Source: Myxococcota bacterium
GTDB lineage: Bacteria > Myxococcota_A > Polyangia > Nannocystales > Nannocystaceae
NCBI GenBank assembly: GCA_039028615.1
Contig: JBCCHT010000027.1
Location: 64,001 to 128,000, forward strand
Reading direction: 5' to 3'
Length of the DNA: 64,000 nt
Below are positions 48,432 to 60,454 of this stretch, piece after piece. A program made the position numbers and the translations under genes. The first letter of the stretch is position 1; each line of letters begins with the position of its first letter. Below the pieces are notes generated by a model. That model was given only the letters and a program-made list of their open reading frames with translations. It had not been told where the DNA came from and did not search any database.

Positions 48432-49559
48432 CTAGATCAAGATGCCTGCGTCCGTCACCACGGGACCCGCCACCGCACACAGCTCCATGGGCTTGAGCAC
48501 CGCGAACACCCGGGACGTGCTGCGGCCCGGAATGGTGTCGTCGGGGTCGGCTGTCGTCGCGGGACCGAGGTGACCGGCCGCGTCCTCCTGAGCGTAGAGC
48601 CGCTGCTCGGCGTGATCGATGTCGACGAGGCCCTCGGCGGTCAGCGGATAACGACGGCGTCGGACGCTCTGCGCAACGTTCCCGCCAATGGCCACTGCGC
48701 CCCCCGAGTCGACCTCGACGACGATGTCGCCATGGGTGCAACCAGGTCGCCCCCGGAGCCCAGCCAACCCGCGAACGCTGGCGGGAGTGAGCCCCGCCTC
48801 GTAGCAATCGGCACTCGGCCTGATTCGTTGTCGTCGATCCTGGATGATGATGTCCCCGACCTCCACCGTTGCGGTCTCCGGCGGAAACGCGTGATAGGTG
48901 CCGCGAATGCCTGCCAGGGTTCGAGCATACGCGACCTGACCGTAGTGGCCGTGGGACGCAGCCAAGGCGAGCACGGAGCCCGTGTTGAGCGTTCTCGTGC
49001 CGTCGAACCACTCGATACCGAGGTCGAGCGCAGCCCTGCGCACGCAGTAGGTCACGAACACGGCGCTCCACGGGAAGCTGCCGCTCGCGGCCGTCTTCGC
49101 CTGGTTGATCGACTGTGCGATCCTCGAGCGTACGCGTGATTCACCACCGACCGTGCGATGGATGGCGGTGGCCACGGTCGAGGCGTTGCTGGTTCGTCGA
49201 AGTCCGGAGTACGCGAGCAGCTCGCGTCGGACATCCAGGAACCGCTGGGGCGTCATTGCGTCGCCGCGAAACAGATAGCTGAGGCTGTATACGCACAGGT
49301 ACTTGAAGGCCGCCGCTTGGCCTTCGCTGTGCGCCCCCTCGATCTCCCCGAGTCCTCCGAACTCGAACCAACGGTTGTTCTCCTCCTGCGCACGCTGTTG
49401 GATCTGGTCGACCAGCTCCGCCTTGCTCACCGGTTCGTCCCCCGCGCCCCAGAACCCACAACGCATGGCCGGGGGATCGTCCAGGTTGGCGAGAAGATCG
49501 GCTCTCGCCGACGACGGCGCCGGCCCTCCTGCCGTGCTGACCTTCTCTCCGATCTGCAT
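48432..49559 (-). CDS. DUF2272 (CHAP/NlpC-P60-like) domain protein
   Basis: PWSAVFVTY, GDII, THGDIVV, IGGNVAQSV. Start uncertain. Confidence 0.7.
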   Translation of the reverse strand: MQIGEKVSTAGGPAPSSARADLLANLDDPPAMRCGFWGAGDEPVSKAELVDQIQQRAQEENNRWFEFGGLGEIEGAHSEGQAAAFKYLCVYSLSYLFRGDAMTPQRFLDVRRELLAYSGLRRTSNASTVATAIHRTVGGESRVRSRIAQSINQAKTAASGSFPWSAVFVTYCVRRAALDLGIEWFDGTRTLNTGSVLALAASHGHYGQVAYARTLAGIRGTYHAFPPETATVEVGDIIIQDRRQRIRPSADCYEAGLTPASVRGLAGLRGRPGCTHGDIVVEVDSGGAVAIGGNVAQSVRRRRYPLTAEGLVDIDHAEQRLYAQEDAAGHLGPATTADPDDTIPGRSTSRVFAVLKPMELCAVAGPVVTDAGILI

Positions 49560-49683
49560 GGGAAGCCGGATGATAGACAACCATGCGAGGCACGGAAGTG
49601 CAGAGGGGTCGCGCGACGAGCCGTCGACGCAATCCCAAAGGGCCTGCACGCTCGATAGCGCCCGCGCCCTCCTCGGATCGGCT

Positions 49684-50730
49684 CTAGGTGCGCGAGACGA
49701 GGGCGAGGAAGTCTTCGATGAAGTTGGTGCGGGGCGTGACCAGCTCGGGGTGTCGAACCCGGGGCTGCACTTGAATGCGGCTGACCCACGGCGCGGCCAA
49801 GGGTGGCGAGACGACCTCGAACACTTCGGCTTCGGGCTCGGCCGCGACCTCGACGGCCGGCGGGGTCGCGACGGCTGTCGACCGAGCATGCCCCCGCCTG
49901 CGAATGGGCTCGGCGGTGACGAACTCGACTTCGATGTCGTCGTCGAGCTCGGGCTCGGGGGCCAGCGCAGGCGCGGGGCGACGAGCCCGGGTTCGCTTCA
50001 CGGCGGGAATGACCTGGGTCTCGAGCTGGGGCACCGCGGCGACGGCCACCGTCTCGGCGGGGGGCGTGACCGGCTCGGGCGGGGGCGAGACGACCGGGTG
50101 CACCACGAGCAAGGCCGCGACCGCACTGACCACGAGCGCGGGCTTGCCGAGCCCCATGGACCACGGCAGCCACGCGGCGAACAGGGGTCGCGCCGAAGGA
50201 GTGCGGTGCCGCTCCATGGCCACGGAGAAGTGACGGCGTGCCGCCCGAAGCCGTGCGTAGACGGTGTTGATGTTGACGTCGAGCTTGGCCGCGATCTCGG
50301 CCCCGGTGTGGCCCTCGACGTCGGCGAGCATGAACACCGCACACTTGTCGGCGTCGAGCGAGCCGAGGAACTCGTCGAGGATGACCCCGGCCTGGTGCCG
50401 GGCGAGGCCACGGTCGGCCGGAGTGTCGAGCTCGGGGCTCGGCAGCTCGGCGTGCAGACGACGACGGCGACGCTCGCCGCGGCGGTAGCCGGAGGCCACC
50501 CCTCGCGCGATGCCCCAGACCCAGTTGGTGAGGCTGCGGCCGTGCTCGTAGTCGTCGATGCGGCGATGGAGCACCACGAAGACGTCCTGCACCGCGTCGT
50601 CGAGGTTGGAGGCGGGCACGCCCAACTGGCGCAAGGCTCCGCGCACCATGGGTGCGTGCTGGTGGTACAGCGAGTCGAACGCGAGTCGGAGGTCGATCCG
50701 TGGTGCGGTTTTGGGCGAGCCGTCCGCCAT
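49684..50730 (-). CDS. ECF sigma factor with C-terminal TM segment, Pro-rich linker and CglF-like tail
   Basis: DDAVQDVFVV, WVWGIAR, NTVYARLRAAR, then hydrophobic ALVVSAVAALLVV. Confidence 0.85.
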   Translation of the reverse strand: MADGSPKTAPRIDLRLAFDSLYHQHAPMVRGALRQLGVPASNLDDAVQDVFVVLHRRIDDYEHGRSLTNWVWGIARGVASGYRRGERRRRRLHAELPSPELDTPADRGLARHQAGVILDEFLGSLDADKCAVFMLADVEGHTGAEIAAKLDVNINTVYARLRAARRHFSVAMERHRTPSARPLFAAWLPWSMGLGKPALVVSAVAALLVVHPVVSPPPEPVTPPAETVAVAAVPQLETQVIPAVKRTRARRPAPALAPEPELDDDIEVEFVTAEPIRRRGHARSTAVATPPAVEVAAEPEAEVFEVVSPPLAAPWVSRIQVQPRVRHPELVTPRTNFIEDFLALVSRT

Positions 50731-50903
50731 CGAAGGGGTCCTTGGCCGGATACCAGCCAAATTGTGAACGCGTCGGGACAGAAATCGAGTCCAAGTTGCT
50801 CGGGCGCCGCGTACATCGTTCCACGGGCGCCGCTGGCGTCGGTTCCCACGCGTTCCCCGCGGCGGACCTAGAGCCTGTATCGTGCGCGCCACCTCGATTC
50901 GCC

Positions 50904-52571
50904 ATGTCTTACGGTCCGATCGTCGATCTCCCCACCCATCGCGTCACCAACCAACCGCGGCCCCTGATCGACTACGACGTGATGGCCGGCGACGCGGCGC
51001 TGCGCGAGGCGATCACCCGGGAGGGCGCCGGATGGGCGGAGGTTCCCCTACATCAGCTTGGGCGCGCGGCGGGCAGCGCCCGGATCATCGAAGCGGGCTT
51101 CGCCGCCAACGAAAACCCGCCCGAGCTGCGCTCCTTCGATCGCTACGGGCAGCGCATCGACGAGGTGAAGTTCCACCCCGCGTACCACGAGCTGATGGCC
51201 CTGGGGATCGAGCATCGCCTGCCCAGCCTGCCCTGGGCCGAGGCCAAGGCGGGCGCCCACGTGACGCATGCCGCGATGGTCTACCTGCTGACGCAGGCGG
51301 AGCCGGGCGTGCTGTGCCCGATGGTCATGACCTACGCATCGGTGCCCGCCCTGCGGCACCAGCCCGAGGTCGCCGAGGACTGGCTGCCGCAGATCCTCGA
51401 CGGCCAATACGACGCGCGCTGCGTCCCGGCCCCGAACAAGACCGGGGTCACCATCGGCATGGCGATGACCGAGAAGCAGGGCGGCTCCGACGTCCGGGCC
51501 AACACCACGCGCGCCACCGCGGTGGGCAAGGGCGGACCGGGGGCGGAGTATCGGCTCTCGGGGCACAAATGGTTCTGCTCGGCGCCCATGTCCGATGCGT
51601 TCCTGACCCTGGCCCACACCAACGAGGGGCTGTCGTGCTTCCTGGTGCCGCGCTTTTGCCCCGACGGCACGCGTAACCGGCTGTTCATTCAGCGGCTCAA
51701 GAACAAGCTCGGCAATCGCTCCAATGCCTCGAGCGAGATCGAGTACGACGACACCTGGGCGGTCATGGTCGGGCCTCCGGGGCGCGGCGTTCGGACGATC
51801 ATCGAGATGGTCCACCACACCCGGCTCGACGCCGCGGTGGCCCCCGTCGGCCTGATGCGCCAGGCGCTGAGCCAGGCCATCCACCACGCGAAGCATCGCT
51901 CGGCCTTCGGTCGGCCGCTCATCGAGCAGCCGCTGATGCGCGCGGTGCTGGCCGACCTCGCCCTCGAGGTGGAAGCCGGCGTCGCGTTGGTGATGCGAGT
52001 CGCCCGGACCTTCGACGAGGCGCAGCACGATCCGCGCGCCGCTCAGCTGTCCCGGCTCGCCACCGCGTTCACCAAGTTCTGGACCAACAAGCGCTGCCCC
52101 GGGCACGTCTACGAGGCGCTCGAGTGCCACGGCGGCGCGGGCTACATCGAGGAGTCGATGATGCCGCGGCTCTATCGAGAGGCCCCGCTCAACAGCATCT
52201 GGGAGGGCTCGGGCAACGTCATCTGCCTCGACGTGCTGCGGGCCATCCAGCGCGACCCCCAGGGCCTGAGCATCCTGCTCGAGGAGCTCCAGCCCGCGGC
52301 CGAGGTCGAGCCGCGCGTGGCCGACCTCATCGCGGACGCGGGGGCCATCCTGTCCAACCGCGCGCTGCTCGAGTCACGCGCCCGACAGCTGACCGAGAAC
52401 CTGGCGCTCGCCACCCAGGCGGCCCTGCTCATGGAGCACGCCCCCACCGGGGTGGCGGATGCGTTCATCGCCGCCCGCCTCGGCGGCGGGCACCAGACCT
52501 ACGGAGCGCTGCCCGCCGGGGTCGACGTGGACCTGTTGATCGAGCGCGCCAGCCCGGTCACGCAGGGCTGA
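50904..52571 (+). CDS. aidB: AidB-like acyl-CoA dehydrogenase
   Basis: THRVTNQP, MAMTEKQGGSDV, GHKWFCSAPMSD, KLGNRSNASSE, NSIWEGSGNV. Confidence 0.88.
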   Translation: MSYGPIVDLPTHRVTNQPRPLIDYDVMAGDAALREAITREGAGWAEVPLHQLGRAAGSARIIEAGFAANENPPELRSFDRYGQRIDEVKFHPAYHELMALGIEHRLPSLPWAEAKAGAHVTHAAMVYLLTQAEPGVLCPMVMTYASVPALRHQPEVAEDWLPQILDGQYDARCVPAPNKTGVTIGMAMTEKQGGSDVRANTTRATAVGKGGPGAEYRLSGHKWFCSAPMSDAFLTLAHTNEGLSCFLVPRFCPDGTRNRLFIQRLKNKLGNRSNASSEIEYDDTWAVMVGPPGRGVRTIIEMVHHTRLDAAVAPVGLMRQALSQAIHHAKHRSAFGRPLIEQPLMRAVLADLALEVEAGVALVMRVARTFDEAQHDPRAAQLSRLATAFTKFWTNKRCPGHVYEALECHGGAGYIEESMMPRLYREAPLNSIWEGSGNVICLDVLRAIQRDPQGLSILLEELQPAAEVEPRVADLIADAGAILSNRALLESRARQLTENLALATQAALLMEHAPTGVADAFIAARLGGGHQTYGALPAGVDVDLLIERASPVTQG

Positions 52572-53670
52572 CCCGGCGCCGTCGCAGCCCCAGCGCGAGC
52601 AGCAGCAGGGCCAACCCCGACAGAGGCGTGGAGCCGCGGCTGTTGCAGCCGCAGCCGCCCAGCTCCTCGATGGACCCTGCGGACGAGCCGTCGGCGTCCG
52701 TCTCGCCCTCGGTCCCGCCCTCGTCGGCGCCGCCCATGGTCCCATCGCCCATGCCGTCGTCGACGCCCTCGTCACCGCCATCGCCGGACTCGTCGAGCGA
52801 ACCGGTGTCGTCGCCGGGCACGGGCTCGGGCGCGTCGAAGAGCATCATCTCGGGGTCGAATACGATCTCGTCGTCGGTCTCGGGCAGCGGGATGGGGATG
52901 TCGATGCCGAAGATGTCGAACTCCTGGCCGATGATCGACATCACCAGGTGCGGCCGCACGATCAGCACGGGCGCGGTGCCGAGCTGGGCGACCATCACCC
53001 CTTCGACCATCATCGGATCCGCCTCGGCGTCGGCCATCAGCGGCGAGGCCACCAGGCTCGCGTCCACCACCGCGGCATCGGAGTCGTTGCTGACCTCGAT
53101 CCGCGTGCCGGAGAGCTCCGCGGTGATGTCGGCCGCCACGTCGACGTCGAGGTTGCCCGACGCCACGATGATGTCCGGGATGATCGGGACCGAGACCACG
53201 GGCACGCCATCGGTCTGGTCGTTGATGATGACCGGGCTCTCGGGGTGGCCGGGCAGCAAGTAGGGCGTGAAGATCGCGTCGCTGGTGATCGCGTAGTCCC
53301 AGGGGCCCAGGATGTCGGACTCCCACTGGATGCCGGGGCCCAGGTCGAAGCGCACGCTGGCCTGGAGCTCGAGCCCGACGTCGAGCAGGAAGTAGCCGCC
53401 CATCTCGGTGCCCTCGAACGAGAGGGTCTCGGTGTCCCAGTCGTACAGGCCGTCGCCGATCATCTCGATCTGAATCGAGTCGGCCGCGTGCGCATAGAAT
53501 CGGAACTGCACGGGCGAGTCGGCCGGCAGCCAGCCGGAGTCGAAGTCGACATCCTCCAGGCCGACCAGGTCCTGCGAGTGCCGCGGCTCGAAGGCGTCGC
53601 TCGCCGTCCCGGCGGGGATTCCTCCGTGCGCGAGCCAGAGCATCGAGGTGAGCAGGCCAGACGTAACCAT
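52558..53670 (-). CDS. Surface protein with MYXO-CTERM sorting signal
   Basis: Acidic Gly linker, then GGCGC...LALLLLALGLRRRR at the C-terminus. Confidence 0.82.
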   Translation of the reverse strand: MVTSGLLTSMLWLAHGGIPAGTASDAFEPRHSQDLVGLEDVDFDSGWLPADSPVQFRFYAHAADSIQIEMIGDGLYDWDTETLSFEGTEMGGYFLLDVGLELQASVRFDLGPGIQWESDILGPWDYAITSDAIFTPYLLPGHPESPVIINDQTDGVPVVSVPIIPDIIVASGNLDVDVAADITAELSGTRIEVSNDSDAAVVDASLVASPLMADAEADPMMVEGVMVAQLGTAPVLIVRPHLVMSIIGQEFDIFGIDIPIPLPETDDEIVFDPEMMLFDAPEPVPGDDTGSLDESGDGGDEGVDDGMGDGTMGGADEGGTEGETDADGSSAGSIEELGGCGCNSRGSTPLSGLALLLLALGLRRRRVSPA

Positions 53671-53963
53671 GGACGGGAGGCTACCAGGCTGGAATTGTCC
53701 GACCAAACCGCACCGACCGATCCGGCTTCCCCCCACCATGGTCGACGCCGCGCAACTGGCACATCCAATGGCAGCGCACTCCGGTCACCCATTCGATCCG
53801 AGTGTGATCGAGTGAGCCGTTTCCACACTCGCTTCGAAAGTCACGGCACATTCGGCCGGCACCCGGCCGCTACGCGGCGTTCGTTCCCTCTCACCGCACC
53901 CGCACGCGGATCTTTGGCCAGTGCCTTTTCGACGACGCCGGGCTCGGTTATGGTCGGGGAACG

Positions 53964-54371
53964 TTGCCCGACATCGCCACGACCTTTTCCCGGGCCGAGC
54001 GCGCCGCGGTGATCGACATCCTGCGCGCCAAACCCGATGTATCCATCGCCGACCTGCGCTTGCTGTGTCGGCGGGGGCGCTTTGGGGGAATCCTGGGCAC
54101 CCTGACCTTGCGCGAGTACTTCACTGGTTCGCCCGATGAGACGATCGATCCCATCACGGGAGAACCGGACAAGCTCGCTCGTCGCCAGCGCTACGATCAC
54201 GAGTTGCTCGAAGCATTGCGCAACGCCGGCGAGCCGTTGTCCGCCGACGAAGTCGCCGAGCGCATCGGCGGCTCGTCACAAGACGCTCGCATTGCGTTGC
54301 AACGACTGGCACGCGATCGAAGAGCGCGTCGAACCTTGGCCGGTCGCGCCACCAAGTACGTCGCCACTTGA
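53964..54371 (+). CDS. Small protein with C-terminal winged-helix DNA-binding domain
   Basis: LLEALRNAGEPLSADEVAERIGG...ALQRLA...GRATKY. Confidence 0.65.
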   Translation: MPDIATTFSRAERAAVIDILRAKPDVSIADLRLLCRRGRFGGILGTLTLREYFTGSPDETIDPITGEPDKLARRQRYDHELLEALRNAGEPLSADEVAERIGGSSQDARIALQRLARDRRARRTLAGRATKYVAT

Positions 54372-54761
54372 GCGTCGGCAGCGTCTGGCAGTGCGCCCCC
54401 AAAGCCACTCACACTTCGCATCAAATGTGGGCATAGAGGCCCAAAACACCGAATCTAGACCACGTGGTGGGCCTCACGAGGTGTGAGTACGGATCCGATC
54501 GTGCCAGTTAAGGGGTTCTCCTGCGGCGACGACGCACCGGCGGATCCGCGCCTCTCGCAAAGGCCGCCAGGTGGCTCCATAGCAGAATTCGGGTAGCAGT
54601 CGCGAATAGACGACCGAATTCGGCTCTGACACAAAAACCAGAAGTTCTCGCTGCGAAACCGTTGCCAGATGCTATAGCAGGCGCTCGTGGGTACCGACCG
54701 TTGGGGCTTCACCAACCCTGCGGACCACGGGCAACAACCGACTTTCCGAGGACGACCCCCG

Positions 54762-56561
<1,800 letters not shown>

Positions 56562-56815
56562 TCGCTCCGGCCTTCGTGGTCTTCACCGAGCCCGACCCTG
56601 CATTGCAGGCGTCGGGCTCGCTGCATTGAGACACCGCCCATCGTGCCAATGGAGGGTACGGAGCCAATGCGGGCCGCCCGAACCTCGCAAGTCGTGCCAT
56701 TGAAACGGTCCGCGGCGCCCCAATGTGAATGGGTCGGCCTTTTCCGCGGGGTGGCTCGCAACCTGCCGGTGCCGCCGCCGTCTTGTCGGGCGAACACCCC
56801 GACCGGTTGCCGATC

Positions 56816-58021
56816 ATGACCCGCCGCCCCGCCCTCCTCGTCACGTCGCTCGCCCTGCTCACCGTCGCTCCCGCCTGCTCCACCATCGTCAATGCGATCT
56901 CCGGGGCCAGCAAGAAGGCCACGCGGGTCAACATGGACAACTGGAACATCGAGGCGATGAAGGTCGACATCCGCCAGGACGGCAAGACGCTGTGCCCGGG
57001 GCAGTCGGTCCAGATGGTGGTGACCGCCGAGCTGAGCCACAAAAAGCGCGACAAGAAGAAGACGGTGCAGACCCCCGAGGGCGGCGCCAAGGTCAAGAAC
57101 ATCGGCTCGCTCGACTTCGACAGCTTCGAGTTCACCAGCGCCCAGGGCACCTTCGGCGAGCGCGGCACCTTCACCGCCAGCCCCGACGTGCTCGCCACCG
57201 CGGTCGACGGCTTCGTCATCGACACCAAGTACGTGCCGCAGCCCGAGCCGCACAGCTTCTCGAACTCGTACGCACCGAGCTACGAGTGCATCACCGGAGC
57301 CGGCGCCGCGGGGCCGGGCGGTTCCTCGGGCATGTCGGGCTCCATGGGCAGCAGCGGCGACTCGGGCAGCAGCGGCTCGTCCGAGAGCGCGGGCGGTGAC
57401 GGAGGCTCGGGCGGAGCCGGCGGCGACGGAACCCACGGCGGCAACGGGGACGCGGGCCCCACCCTCACCGCCTACGCCACGCTCGTTCGCACCCCGCACC
57501 ACGAGCACCTCGTGATGCTGCAGGTCACCGGCGATCACCAAGACGTTTTGCTCTTCGATCCCAAGGCGCCGATCGTGCTGAGTGCTCGCGGAGGCGCGGG
57601 TGGCTCGGGCGGTTCCGGAGGTTCGGGCGGCCGCGGTGGCTCCGGCGGTTCGGGGTATCCGGGGGGTAACGGAGGTCCCGGCGGAGCCGGCGGCATCGGG
57701 GGCAACGGCGGCAACGGGGGTCCTGGCGGACACCTCACGCTGATTTTCGACGAGAACTATCCCGAGCTCGCCAACGTGATCCAGCTCGACGCGTCGGGCG
57801 GACCCGGAGGCTACGCAGGCTCGGCCGGCAACGGCGGCGATGGTGGCTCGTACGGCAGCGGCAACGGCGAGGGAGCCCCCGATGGTGCGGCCGGAGCCGA
57901 AGGCCCCGATGGCCAGCAGGGCGGAAGCGGGCAGTCGGGCCCCGACGGCTTCGCCACCGCCCAGCCGGGCAACGTCGAGGCTTACTTCGCCCAGCTGCCC
58001 GAAGGCATCGAGCGCGTCTAG
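56816..58021 (+). CDS. Lipoprotein with Gly-X-X (collagen/polyglycine-like) repeats
   Basis: Lipobox-like APA-C; three G-x-x repeat blocks separated by short beta segments. Confidence 0.8.
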   Translation: MTRRPALLVTSLALLTVAPACSTIVNAISGASKKATRVNMDNWNIEAMKVDIRQDGKTLCPGQSVQMVVTAELSHKKRDKKKTVQTPEGGAKVKNIGSLDFDSFEFTSAQGTFGERGTFTASPDVLATAVDGFVIDTKYVPQPEPHSFSNSYAPSYECITGAGAAGPGGSSGMSGSMGSSGDSGSSGSSESAGGDGGSGGAGGDGTHGGNGDAGPTLTAYATLVRTPHHEHLVMLQVTGDHQDVLLFDPKAPIVLSARGGAGGSGGSGGSGGRGGSGGSGYPGGNGGPGGAGGIGGNGGNGGPGGHLTLIFDENYPELANVIQLDASGGPGGYAGSAGNGGDGGSYGSGNGEGAPDGAAGAEGPDGQQGGSGQSGPDGFATAQPGNVEAYFAQLPEGIERV

Positions 58022-58316
58022 GACCCGGCGCCCACGCTCGCCAATCGCGGCTCCGAACCTCGCCGCATGGGACAAAACCCCATGCCGAGGATCGTGAGCC
58101 GCTTCGCGTTTGGAGGGGCCGACAGATTTCTGGGCCCGTTTTGAAAGACAAGCGCCGGGGTCGTCATACCCGATCTCGGCACAACGAGACTCGGCGTACG
58201 TCGCCGAGCCCATCGTCGCGCCACGAGCATTTTTTTGAAGACCGGTGAGCGTACGGAGCTCGGGTCGTTACTTCCTCGGCAACGCGTCACGACGCACATC
58301 AGCGAACGGGCGCTTC

Positions 58317-59324
58317 ATGAAGACGACTCCAATCATGCTCATCACCAAGATTCAATCCGTCACGTTCATCGCTGCTTGCATCGCCCTGGGAATCGGCTGC
58401 GCAGACATGGACGAGCTCGACCCTATGGATGGCTCCGATGCGCTCGTCGACGGCGAGGATTCGATCGATGACCTCCAGAGCATCGAGGACGACGGCGGCA
58501 TCGCCAGCTCGTCGTGTGCAGGCTGCATCACCTATGAAGGAACGATCTCGAGCGGCGACGGGCACGATTCCCATCCCGACGGCTCCTACTTCTACGCGCC
58601 CGCGGGCATGCATCAGGGCATCCTCAGCGGAGAGGCGGGCACCGACTTCGACCTCCATCTATGGAAGTGGAACGGGGGCGGCTGGACCAGCGTCGCGGAC
58701 TCGCAATCGCCCGATTCCAACGAAGAGATCAACTACGACGGCGAGAGCGGCTACTACGTGTGGCGCGTCTCCCCGTACTCCGGCTCGGGCAGCTATCAGC
58801 TCCAGCTCGGCATCCCGCCGCGCCCGGAGCTGTGTGGCGACGGCATCGACAACGACGGTGACGGTGCGGCCGACTGCGACGACTCCGATTGCGCCGACAG
58901 CCCCGCGTGTGCCCCCGCCGAGGACGACTTCTGCGGGAACTACGACGGCGAGTCCATCGCCCTGAGGACGGACCTCGATACCTACGTGCGGGCGGGTAGC
59001 GGCAACACGGGATACGTCGTCAACCAAGCCGCCACCGCCCGAGGCTGGGAGCACTTCACGGTGGAGTGCCAGGACGACGGCACGGTCGCGTTCGCGACGG
59101 CCCACAACCGCTACATCCGCGCGTATCCCCCCGGCCATCCCGGCCCCCACATCCGCCAGCAAACCTTCGTGGGGAGCCAGGAACGCTTCACGCCCATCTG
59201 GCAGGACGACGGCACCTGGGCCATCCAGACCGCCCACGGCTCCTACCTGCGGGCGCATCCCAACAACTCGATGATGCACCAGTTCGCCGTCGGCTCGCAG
59301 GAGCGCTTCATCGTCGAGCTGTAA
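58317..59324 (+). CDS. Lipoprotein: PPC domain, myxobacterial Cys/Asp repeat and fascin-like beta-trefoil
   Basis: LGIG-C; GTDFDLHLWKWNG; ELCGDGIDNDGDGAADCDDSDC; three ALxTxxxxYxRA...E.F units. Confidence 0.78.
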   Translation: MKTTPIMLITKIQSVTFIAACIALGIGCADMDELDPMDGSDALVDGEDSIDDLQSIEDDGGIASSSCAGCITYEGTISSGDGHDSHPDGSYFYAPAGMHQGILSGEAGTDFDLHLWKWNGGGWTSVADSQSPDSNEEINYDGESGYYVWRVSPYSGSGSYQLQLGIPPRPELCGDGIDNDGDGAADCDDSDCADSPACAPAEDDFCGNYDGESIALRTDLDTYVRAGSGNTGYVVNQAATARGWEHFTVECQDDGTVAFATAHNRYIRAYPPGHPGPHIRQQTFVGSQERFTPIWQDDGTWAIQTAHGSYLRAHPNNSMMHQFAVGSQERFIVEL

Positions 59325-59348
59325 CGAAGAGGAGTTCATTCGCACGCC

Positions 59349-60386
59349 ATGGACATCACGCCTACCGAACCTTTGTTGCCCGTGGCGATTCCACGGCGGC
59401 CCCGGTCTTTGCACCGGGCCGTCGCTCTACTGTTCGGGGTCCTCGGTCTCGGTGCCTGTACGAAGCCGGTCGAGGTCTTCGTCCACCCAGCCTCCAGCGC
59501 CAGCCGCCCCCCGGCCCGCGCCGTGCCACGGCGGCCGAACTCGAGTGCACCTGTGGCGACCTCGGTCGACACCGACCCGGACCAGCCCTACACCTACCTG
59601 TGCGACCGGGACCAGGTTGCGCCGATCGGCAGGTCTTCGTACTGCGCCTCGACCCAGCGACTGACGTGGGACGAAGGGCGCCGCTACTGCCGTCGGCAGG
59701 GCGCCCGCATGGCGCAATTCGAGACCTACGAGGAGTCGGAGGCCCTCCGTCACTTCGTGGAGCCCATCGTCGATCCGGGGGAAGTTTGGCTCGGCCTCGA
59801 ACGTAGCACCACGGGGTGGAGGTGGACCGACCGTCCGCACCACCGCATGGACGATCCCTCCGCCTGGCGCGAGGGCGAGCCCAACAACCTGCACGACAAC
59901 GAGCCCTGCGCGACGTTGGATTTCATGCGGGAGGGCTTCAACGACCTCGACTGCAACCAAGACCGAGGGATCGTCTGCCAGCTTCGGGAGCCCCGAAGCC
60001 AATGCCCGACCGAGCCATTCCGACTCGGGCACCACACCTACTGCGTGGTCCCGGGCTCCGTCGACCGGCACCGGGCTCGAGCGACCTGTGACGCCGTCGG
60101 AGGCTCGCTCCCCGTCCTGGAGACCCCCCGCGAGCGCCAGGCTCTGGCCCACGCGCTCAAAGCCCCGCTCAACGCCCGCGCGGTGTGGATGGGCCTTCGC
60201 GAGCGAGCCCGGGAAGGCGACTGGCGCTGGAACTCGGGCCAACCCTTCGCTCTCGAGTGGGACCCGGGGGAACCCAACGACTCCGGGGGTGAAGCCTGCG
60301 GCGAGTGGCGAATCCTCAGCGGCCGATTCAACGACTTCGGCTGCCATCGCGAGATTCCCGTGCTCTGCGAGTTCCCGGACGCCTGA
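59349..60386 (+). CDS. Lipoprotein with two C-type lectin domains
   Basis: LGA-C; WLGL, GEPNN, FNDLDC; WMGL, GEPND, FNDFGC. Confidence 0.88.
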   Translation: MDITPTEPLLPVAIPRRPRSLHRAVALLFGVLGLGACTKPVEVFVHPASSASRPPARAVPRRPNSSAPVATSVDTDPDQPYTYLCDRDQVAPIGRSSYCASTQRLTWDEGRRYCRRQGARMAQFETYEESEALRHFVEPIVDPGEVWLGLERSTTGWRWTDRPHHRMDDPSAWREGEPNNLHDNEPCATLDFMREGFNDLDCNQDRGIVCQLREPRSQCPTEPFRLGHHTYCVVPGSVDRHRARATCDAVGGSLPVLETPRERQALAHALKAPLNARAVWMGLRERAREGDWRWNSGQPFALEWDPGEPNDSGGEACGEWRILSGRFNDFGCHREIPVLCEFPDA

Positions 60387-60454
60387 TTTTTGCACGAAGC
60401 CCTGCCCCACCACTGGAAGCTCTCCGCATCTCGACTCGTTCCGCCCGTACCACC

